Positions 10,110 to 18,500 of a stretch of DNA of 64,000 bases are shown piece after piece (position 1 is the first letter of the stretch; every line of letters starts with the position of its first letter). Origin of the DNA: Planctomycetota bacterium. GTDB taxonomy: Bacteria; Planctomycetota; JACOTG01. A program made the translations under genes and the position numbers. The stretch lies in assembly GCA_016178505.1 (NCBI GenBank), contig JACOTG010000079.1, positions 1,810-65,809 of the forward strand, in the 5' to 3' direction. The notes under the pieces were generated by a model. It searched no databases, had not been told where the DNA came from, and saw nothing but the letters and a program-made list of their open reading frames with translations.

Positions 10110-13034
10110 TCACGGCACGTCGACGTCGAGCGTCATCTCGTTGCGTCCGTCCACGTCCACGATGCGACTGAGGAGCACTTCTCGTCCGGCGCCCCGCCGC
10201 ACGGTCACTTCGAACGACCCCGCCGCGAGGCCCGACAGCACGATCTCTTTGGCGCCGGGTTCGCCCATTCGATGGCGCCCGTATCTCGGCCACGACGTGG
10301 ACATCGCTTCCACGGACAGGATCGGCGAAGGCTGACCGTCCTTCACGTTCGCCGTGACGCGGATCGAGGTCCCGCTCGAGAACGCGATCTCGCCGAGGTT
10401 CGTCTCGCCGTCACGAAGCTCCACCCCATCGAGGCGAACGGGCGCGAGGAAGTTGGGATCGAGCCAGATCGTGTACGTGCCGGAATCGAACCCGCCGAAC
10501 GTGACCACGGACTCGCTGGTCGCCGAAGCGCCCTGACGAAAAGCGAAGTCGCGGCCCGGCTCGCCTCGAAAGAGCATGAGCTCCATGGAACCGAGTCGCC
10601 GCGCGACCTCCGTTGGAGGGGTGGCTCGAAACGAAAGCGTGTCGCCGCTCTCCATGCGCAAGACGAGGTCCGACGGGCTGTCGCCGGACAGCGTTGCGGT
10701 CCCACCTTCCCGCGCCGGGCGAAGTCGCGGATGGAACGGGCGAACGACGGTGCTCTTGCCAAGGGCTGCGCGCACGCGAAACACGCCGCCCTCGCTCGTG
10801 GTCGCGACTTGCGCGTAGCCCGTAAACCAATCGCGCGAAGCTTCGTCGTCGCGCTTCGCGAGGATCACGATGCCGTCGCGAGGCTGCCCCTCGGGCACCT
10901 CGACCCGGCCGGCGATCCACGCGCAGCGCGAGAGATCGAGGCTCAGCTCCGGCGTCGGCCGTGACGGGGCGATCGTCCCCGCTTCGCTGGTGAGCCCGCT
11001 GTGATCGTCCCGAAGGCGGTACTCGCCCGGCTTGAGATCGTTCACCGACACCGAAATCGTGCCGTCCCGCAGCACGGAAGTGCGCTCCTTGAAATAGTCG
11101 AGGTCCCACGGGGTGACGAAGGGAAGGTCGGGATCTCGGATGAGCAGCACGAGCTTCATCTCCCCGTCCTGAGGTGGCACCACGTGCAGGCGCAGCGTGC
11201 CGCGCGATTGGAGATCGAAGTCGACCGTCGACGGCGATGGGCCGGCAGCGACGAGCAGCGACTTTCCCTGCGTCACGAACCCCGCGGCGGTCAACGTCAA
11301 CGTGGCCGACGCGCCCGGAGCTTTCCCGTCGATGCGACATCGGAGCTCGCCCTTTTCGGGATCTTCGCTCAGCACCACGGGCGAGCCGCGATCCGCGACG
11401 CGTAGATCAAATTCGCCGGGCAAGCCCGGCTTCCCGTTGAGGCGCACGCGCACGAGGAGGTCGCGAGACTCGGGCATGCAGCACGAGAGACGACCGTCGC
11501 CGCTCTCGAGATCGAGCGTGCCCGCGATGACCGAGCTCGACGAGTTTGCGGACCGCGACAGTTGGACCTGGACGTTCTGCGGATAGAGCCCTGCGATCTG
11601 CACGTGTCCCTTCGAGTCCGTCGGCGTCGGGGCGGTCAGCTCGGCGTAACCGTACGGCGGAACCGTGAGCGTCACGAGCACGTCGGGCACGGCACTCCCT
11701 TTCGGATCGAGAACCGTGACATCGACGGACCGCGGCCGGCGGAACGTGACGTCGCTCTCCGGGCCGGTGGGGAGCCTCGCGAGACAGCCATCGGGCGCAA
11801 CGACGGTGTAGCCCACGTGAGGATCGAGCGCGGTGCAGACGAGCTTTTTCCCCCTGAGGGTCGCGCGCGCATTCTCCGGCGACGCACCCACCGCGGAGCC
11901 GCGGCGCAGCGTGACCGGGCCGTCCGTCGCGCCGCGCCCGCATTCCACGTGCTCGACGACGAACTCGCGCTCGGTGAGCCGGCGCGGCACGGGATAGAGA
12001 CGGATCTGGGCCAAGGGGTGCTCGACGTCGGCCTCCGCGTCCACGGAGTCGACCGGACAATCCGTGACGTACATGCCGTCGGCGAAAGCCTTGCACCCTT
12101 CTTTGGTGGCACGCACGACGATCTTCTGATCCCGCCCCAGCCCGGTGACGCGCCACTTTCCGTCGGCGGTGGTCGCCGGCAAGTCGAGGAGAAGATCGCG
12201 CGCCGAAAGGTGCGACGCGCCGAAGCCGCCGATCGGCCGACGGACCCCGTCGTCGCGCGTTTCCTCGAGCACGGCGACGTGAGCGCCGTCGAGCGGCCCG
12301 CCGCTCGCGCCGTCGAGCACTTCGACGCTCATGTCCCAGGTCGGCTGAAGCGCAATCTCTACGGGATTCGCGCACGCAGCCGGGACGCTGGCGTTCACCC
12401 GACCGCGCTCGGATCCAGCGAGCGCGATCACGGCGACGTCTCCGTCGGGAACGTGCTCGATGATGGCGAGCCCGTTCTCGTCGGCCTCGCACTCGCCGAC
12501 GAGAACGCGATCGTCGCTCAGGTACAGACGCTTGCCGCTCCATTCGACGCGCACGATCGCGTGCGGGACCCGCTCGTCCCCGCGCTTCACCGCGACGCGA
12601 AGCGAATGCGACGGATGGACGACGAGCACGCCGAGGTCTTCATGCGTTCGTTGGGCTTGCGGTGGCCAGTTGCGCCTCACTTGCACGGAATACAAGCAGC
12701 AGCTTTGCTCCGCGACCCGACCGTCGGGCGTCACGGCTCGAACGCTGCCCTCCCGCGAACGCGTGGCGTCCGGAATCCCGACGGGAATCTCGAAGCGGCC
12801 GTCGGCGCCGGTCGTCGCCTCTCGGATCGGGAGGCCCAGGAGCGCGATCCTCACCGCGGCGTCGCGCGTGGGAAAGCGGCGCTCGTCCACGACGCGCCCC
12901 GCAAACGTGATCTCGCCGCCGGCCGCCGGCGCGACGCGGGAGCCGCCCGCCCACGCGCGTGGCCCTGCCGCGACGACGATCAGCGCCACGCTCGAGAGCA
13001 TGCGAATGAAGAATATGGGTCCAGACGTGTGCAT
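10110..13034 (-). CDS. Large secreted protein (974 aa) made of repeated carboxypeptidase-regulatory-like (CarboxypepD_reg) beta-sandwich domains
   Basis: A signal peptide (MHTSGPIFFIRMLSSVALIVVAAGPRAWA) is followed by repeated G(R/K)VVD...GRFEI-type motifs (GRVVDERRFPTRDAAVRIALLG...DGRFEIPVGIPD). Confidence 0.75.
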   Translation of the reverse strand: MHTSGPIFFIRMLSSVALIVVAAGPRAWAGGSRVAPAAGGEITFAGRVVDERRFPTRDAAVRIALLGLPIREATTGADGRFEIPVGIPDATRSREGSVRAVTPDGRVAEQSCCLYSVQVRRNWPPQAQRTHEDLGVLVVHPSHSLRVAVKRGDERVPHAIVRVEWSGKRLYLSDDRVLVGECEADENGLAIIEHVPDGDVAVIALAGSERGRVNASVPAACANPVEIALQPTWDMSVEVLDGASGGPLDGAHVAVLEETRDDGVRRPIGGFGASHLSARDLLLDLPATTADGKWRVTGLGRDQKIVVRATKEGCKAFADGMYVTDCPVDSVDAEADVEHPLAQIRLYPVPRRLTEREFVVEHVECGRGATDGPVTLRRGSAVGASPENARATLRGKKLVCTALDPHVGYTVVAPDGCLARLPTGPESDVTFRRPRSVDVTVLDPKGSAVPDVLVTLTVPPYGYAELTAPTPTDSKGHVQIAGLYPQNVQVQLSRSANSSSSVIAGTLDLESGDGRLSCCMPESRDLLVRVRLNGKPGLPGEFDLRVADRGSPVVLSEDPEKGELRCRIDGKAPGASATLTLTAAGFVTQGKSLLVAAGPSPSTVDFDLQSRGTLRLHVVPPQDGEMKLVLLIRDPDLPFVTPWDLDYFKERTSVLRDGTISVSVNDLKPGEYRLRDDHSGLTSEAGTIAPSRPTPELSLDLSRCAWIAGRVEVPEGQPRDGIVILAKRDDEASRDWFTGYAQVATTSEGGVFRVRAALGKSTVVRPFHPRLRPAREGGTATLSGDSPSDLVLRMESGDTLSFRATPPTEVARRLGSMELMLFRGEPGRDFAFRQGASATSESVVTFGGFDSGTYTIWLDPNFLAPVRLDGVELRDGETNLGEIAFSSGTSIRVTANVKDGQPSPILSVEAMSTSWPRYGRHRMGEPGAKEIVLSGLAAGSFEVTVRRGAGREVLLSRIVDVDGRNEMTLDVDVP

Positions 13035-13130
13035 GTTCGGTCCCCCTTCGCGTTCGTGTCGTTGCTCGACGAATGTTCGCAGAACGCTCGGGGAATGGAC
13101 ATCGCCTCGCTCAGGGAATCGGCGGCTCGC

Positions 13131-13778
13131 TTACATCTCGCCGAGGGCCGCCATCGCCACTCGCGGCGCGTCGGACGTCGGCATTCGCTTCTGCATGTCG
13201 CGGTAATGTGCGACGAGCTCGTCGCGCAGCCCGGCCTTCGCGAGAACGTCGAGCCCGACCGTGTGCGCAGGGTCGAAAAACTTGAGCATCGCAAAGAGCA
13301 ACCGCTCTTCCGTGAACTCCCACTTCGCGCGGTTGGCGAGCCACGTCCACAGTGCGCCCTCGTCGCCGCGGATGTCGTTTGCGAACCGCTCCCACAGCGC
13401 CGAAGCTGCCTGCTTCGCGTCGTCGGAGTCGGCGGACGAATTCTCGATCTCACGACAAAGCCAATCGACCGCTCCGGGATTTCGGTCGTGACACAGCGAG
13501 AAGCTCGAATAATCGCTGAGAAGGAAGCGTCGAGGAAGAGCGCTCGAGGGATTGGACTCGGTGAGGGCGAGCGCGTGCAACCGCGCGTCTTCTTCCTGCG
13601 CCGTTTCATTTCGTCCGCGGTAGTACTCGGCCCGCTCGCGCCAGTACGCCGGGTCGTCGGCCGATTTCCGCTCCGCTTCTCGGATGCACCCCTCGATGAA
13701 GCGCGCGCCGCTCGCGAGCTGCGTTTGCCCCGCGATCACTGCAGAGAGCGCGTCCGCGTAACGCCGCCGTAAAAACAT
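13131..13778 (-). CDS. Hypothetical protein (215 aa), alpha-helical, with no recognised domain
   Basis: Clean ORF with an ATG at 13778 and a plausible protein-like translation. It lies between the redoxin gene and the CarboxypepD_reg gene on the same strand. Confidence 0.5.
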   Translation of the reverse strand: MFLRRRYADALSAVIAGQTQLASGARFIEGCIREAERKSADDPAYWRERAEYYRGRNETAQEEDARLHALALTESNPSSALPRRFLLSDYSSFSLCHDRNPGAVDWLCREIENSSADSDDAKQAASALWERFANDIRGDEGALWTWLANRAKWEFTEERLLFAMLKFFDPAHTVGLDVLAKAGLRDELVAHYRDMQKRMPTSDAPRVAMAALGEM

Positions 13779-13876
13779 AGGCCGTGACTCCCCCCAACGC
13801 GCGGAAGTGGTGCACGCCTGCGGAGACGGCGGTTCATCTACTCGGGCCCGGCGCGCTGACGGTTCGCGTCGCGTCG

Positions 13877-15049
13877 CTATTTCGGCTCGAGCCCGGCGGC
13901 GCGAAGCGCTTTGCGCAATGCCTTCTCGTCGAAGCCGACGCCGCGCCAGAGAACGCTGCCGTCTTTTCCGATGAGGTAGTTCGTCGGGAACGTGCTGATG
14001 CCGAGCTTCAGAACGTTCGCGTCGTCACGTGGAACGGCGATGGTGTCCCACGAGTACTTCCCCGCTTTCCAGTGATCGAGGATCGCCGGCGCGGCATCGA
14101 GCCCGGGGTTCACCGAGAAGACGACGAAGTCCTGCGACGCGAGATCGCGGCTCAGCTCGGCGAGGTGTGGAAACTCCACACGGCACGTACTTCAGTGCGA
14201 GAACCAGAAGTTCAGGAGCACGATCTTGCCGCGGTAGTCGGAGAGCTTCAGACGTTTGCCGGCCGTCGGCGAGTCGCCGCCGATGTCGGGCGCGGCGGCG
14301 CGCACTGCGAGGAGGATTTCTTCGGGGCTCTTCGTGCCGTCGACCTCGACCGCGGCCGCGGGGCGACGAAACACGAACGTCTCCGCGTCGAGCTTCGGCG
14401 ATGCGTCGATCGAGCGAACGTCGAACTCGAGATGCGCGCCGTCGCTGCCGGCACCGATGTCCTCCACGATTCGTCGAATGGCGCCCGTCTTCGTCGAGAT
14501 CGAAAGCGACAGTACGTCGTTCGGCATCTTCATCGTGACGACGGTGCATGCCTCGCCGGCCACGTCTGCCTCCGACGTCGTTGCGCTCCCGAGCCGGTCT
14601 TTCCACGGCGCAGCGGTCTTGCCCGCGACGATCGCCGGCGCGTCGAAGTACGCCTGCGTGAACAAGGCCAACCCGGTTCCGGCGAGCTGGAGGATCGGTG
14701 CGGCGTCCGGCTCGATCGGCGTCGCCGAGTACGACTTCGATCCCTCGAAGTACGTCCAGAATTGCTTGCCGTCCGCGAGGCAGAAGATGCCGCCTTTGCC
14801 TCCGCCGGGATAGACGAAGTCGTAGCGCGCGAACGACGGACGCTTCATCGCGAACTGAAGCGTGAGATGATCCGCGGGCTGATCGCCGAACTTCTGCGAG
14901 CACTCGCCGGCGACGCGCACGGCATCGGCCTTCGCGAACGAGGCGAGCATCGCATCGAGCGCCGCGGACGCCGGCGGCGCTGATGGGCCCTCGGCGTGCG
15001 CGCCGACCGCGACCCCGAGCACGGCGCACGTGATCCACACTCGCGTCAT
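13877..15049 (-). CDS. Candidate selenoprotein: a secreted TlpA/ResA-like thiol:disulfide oxidoreductase (N-terminal domain of about 280 aa of unknown function plus a thioredoxin fold). An in-frame TGA at 14192-14194 aligns with the first Cys of the CxxC motif, giving U-S-T-C.
   Basis: ORF 14192..15277 ends ...GKIVLLNFWFSH at a TGA. The in-frame downstream ORF 13877..14179 begins STCRVEFPHLAELSRDL...TNYLIGKDGSVLW. Joined, the protein reads NFWFSH-U-STCRVEFPHLAEL. The TlpA consensus is NxWASWCxPCRxExPxLxEL, so Sec replaces Cys1 of CxxC. The signal-peptide start is MTRVWITCAVLGVAVGAHA at 15049. A SECIS-like hairpin starts 10 nt 3' of the UGA. Confidence 0.7.
14165..14181 (-). ncRNA. Putative bacterial SECIS hairpin (cis mRNA element) for the UGA at 14192-14194
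   Basis: The mRNA reads 5'-UGA AGUACGUGCC GUGUGGA-GUU-UCCACAC-3'. This is a perfect 7-bp stem with a small apical loop containing G and U. It begins 10 nt after the UGA, which is the spacing expected for a bSECIS. Confidence 0.5.
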
Positions 15050-15593
15050 CCTGGACGCCCCTACGCTTCGCATTTCGAACGGCCTCGAGAGTCGCGAACG
15101 AGTTCGGCTCTTCGAAAGGTAGGCCGCGAGGCGCATTCCGGATTCGAATGATTTGGTTTCTCGTGCGACGTCGACCCATGCGTTCGAGCGCGTTGCCGCG
15201 GTTTCCCAGCACTCCGATGCGGTTCTTGGCGTCCGGCAATCGAGCGAACATGGGCTCGGCACGGTCGCAGGCTGCAAGGGCTTCCGGATAGCGGCGGAGC
15301 CGGCACAGTGCAGTCGAGCGATCGTGATCGATGTGCCTCAGGTTCGTTTCGAGGTGGCAGAGCGTCGCCGCGCAATCGAGCTCGTGAAAAGCTTCTTCGT
15401 CCCGATGCATCTCAGTGAGGATAGCCCCGCGGGCGCACGCGGGCGCGCCCACGTCCTCGTCGGACCGCAGGTCTCCGTCGAGGGCCTCCTCGTTTCGTCC
15501 GAGAGCGACGAGGGCCGCAGCGCGATTGTGCTGCACCCGAACGCGGTTCAACTCCAAGTCACGATCCTCGCGAGTGTGTGCGAAGAGGGATGG

Positions 15594-18500
15594 CTATTGA
15601 ATGCGCAGCAGCACGGCGTTCGTCACGCTGAAGCCCGTCGAGTTGCCCGCGCCGAGGTCGCGGACGAGCCCCTGCATGAGGAACGCAGATGTCCGTCCGA
15701 CTCCGCTCGCGCGATTGATCGACCATGGCACGGTCGGCGGCGCGTGCAGCTCGGTCACGCCGCGGCACAGGATCGTCGGCAGCGTCGAGCTTCGCAGGCA
15801 GCGGAAAGGCTGCGGGCTCAACGACCCGTTGAGCGGCGTCGGGTCGACGACGTGACCGAGCGTGGCGCCGTGTGCGGAGAGATCGTGCGGACTCGCGCTC
15901 GCGCCGCGCCAGACCCAAAGGACGTATCGGCCGCCCGTCGCCGGGCCCGCCGGCGATGGATCCATCGCCAGCGTGATCGGCGCGCCGATCGCGACGTCGA
16001 CCTCGCGCGTCGCGCCGGTTCCCGCCGAGCCGTTCACGAAGAAGACGTCGGCGCGGCCGCTGCCGCAGACGTTCACGTCGCCGACGCGCGCGGCCGTCAC
16101 GCGATCGAGATAGGCGTAGCTCGCGGGGAGCGCCCCGCTGCCGTTCGAGTTCGTCACCGTCACGTCGACCGTGCCGCTCCCCGCCGGCGTGCGAACGGTG
16201 ATGCGATCCGGTGTGACGGCCAGCACCGTGCCCGGCGTCGAGCCGAACAGCACCGTCGTGTCGCCGACGTTCGTGAAGTTGCAGCCGGCGATCTTGAGGA
16301 CGTCGTCGCCGTCTTCCGATCCGTCGTTCGGCCGCACCGAGACGATCGTCACGTCGCCGACCGAGACGGCGAACGAGCACGAGGCCGAGTTGCCCTGCGC
16401 GTCTGTCGCGGTGCAGTTCACGGTGGTCATGCCGATCGGGAAGAGGCTTCCGGAACTCGGACTGCACGAAACAACGGGGCTCGCGTCGCACGCGTCCGGG
16501 GCGCTCGTGGAGAAGGTTACGATCGCGCCGCTCGAGCTTTGGCACTCGGCGTCGATGAGCGGTGGGCACGAAATCGACGGCGCCGTCGTGTCGCGCACCG
16601 TCACCGTGAACATGCACGTCCGAGTGTTCGCGGGGCTCGCGTGATCGCTCGCCGTGCACGTCACCGTCGTCGGGCCGAACGCGAACGTGCTGCCGGAGAC
16701 GGGCACGCACGAAACCGTGGGGCTCGCGTCGCAGGCATCCGTCGCGCTTGGGGTCGAGTAGTTCACCACCGCGCCCGACGCGCTCGTGCACTCCGCGTCG
16801 ACGCTCGCCGGGCACGTCATCGCCGGCGCCGTCGCGTCGCGGACCGTCACCGTCGAGGTGCATGACGCCGTGTTGCCGTGGCCGTCGTTTACCGTCAGCG
16901 TCACCGTGTTCGCGCCGATGTTCGAGCACGTGAACGCGCTCGGGACGACCGAAACGAGGTTCACGGTGCCGCAGTTGTCTGCGCCCGAGGCGAAGATCTG
17001 CGCGGGCATGATCGCCACGTTGCCCATCGCATCGAGATCCACCGTGATGTCCTGACAATTCACCGTCGGGGGGACGTTGTCGATGACCGTCACGGTCGCG
17101 GTGCACGTCGCCGCGTTACCGTGGCCGTCGTTCACCATCAGCGTCACGGTGTTCGCCCCGAGGTTCGAGCAGGTGAACGTGCTCGGCGTGACCGACTGCA
17201 AGTTCACCGAGCCGCAATTGTCGGAGCCCGAAGCGAAGACCTGGGCCGGCATGACGGCCGCATTGCCGCTGCCATCCAGAAAGACCGTCGCGTTCTGGCA
17301 AATGACGCTCGGCGGGATGTTGTCGACGACCGTGACGGTCGAGTTGCACGTGGCGAAGTTTCCTACGATGTCGGTCACGGTGAGCGTCACCGTGTTCGCG
17401 CCGAGGTTCGAACAATCGAACGTGTTCGGAGCGACGGCGAGGGTCGCGACCTGGCAATTGTCCGTGCTGCCGTTGTCGACCTGCGCCGCGGTGATCGAGG
17501 CGTGCCCGGTCGCGTCGAGGTCGACGCTGATGTTGCGACAGATCGGCGTCGGCGAGATCTGCTCCACGCGAACCTGAACGTCGGTCGCCGAGTAGAGCGT
17601 CTCGAGGATGCAGTCCGGATAGCCGATCACGTCCACGCCCGAGAACGTGCCCGTGCGCGTCGCCGCGCTGAGCACGGTGAACGATTGGCCAGGGACCGGC
17701 ACGAAGCCGTTCACGAAGGTCACCTGCAACGTCCCCGTGAGCGTGGCGGCTCCCGTCACGTCGACTCGATCGTGCTGTGTCCCGGGCGTGGTGCCGCCGA
17801 TCTCGATCTCGAGCCGGCCGGTCGCGGTCTGTGGGTATGGACCCGTGAACGTCTCGATCCCGATCGGCGAGCCGGGCCGCACGATCGCCGCATTCGAGAA
17901 GGTCGTGCCCGCACTGTCGATGGTGCCGTTTCCGCTGATGATGCCGCTGCCGCTGTTGGTCAGGGTGCCTCCATTGACGTCGAGGACGCGCCCCGCCGAG
18001 ATCGCAATCGTGCCGGCGTTGTCGAACGTCGGCGTCGTCGTCGATTGCGTGACGATGAGGTTGCCGCCCACGATGTCGATCTCGCCGCTCGATTCGTTGA
18101 CGTGGTCGGCCGAGGCCTTGTTGATCGTGACCGGAAACTGGATGTCGACCCGGCCCCGGTTGTCGAGCTGAGCCGTGAGAGTCCGCGTTCCCGTCGTGCC
18201 GGCGGGAAACGAGATCAATCCGTCGGTCTGATTCACGAGCGATCCGGCCGACACCGTGAGCGTCACGTCTCCCGCGAGAGCCGACGCATTGACCAGCCGA
18301 ATCTCTCCGTGGTTGGTGAGCGTCGTGCCGTCGGCGACGGTCAGGGAAACTGTTCCGAACCCGGATCCTCCCTCGAAACTCAGGAGCGCGCCGGATCGAT
18401 TGTCGAAGGACGAGTTGATCCGGAGGTTGGAGCCTCCGCGGATCACGTAGGTCGCGCCGGAGTCGTTGACCACGGGGGCATTCATGCGTCCGCCGGTTTG

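Noticed and set aside
14192-14194. The in-frame TGA read as a simple nonsense mutation or a gene split
   Set aside because: This explanation is kept as an alternative but not favoured. The stop sits exactly on the catalytic Cys codon, the frame is fully preserved downstream, and a SECIS-like hairpin follows at the canonical distance.
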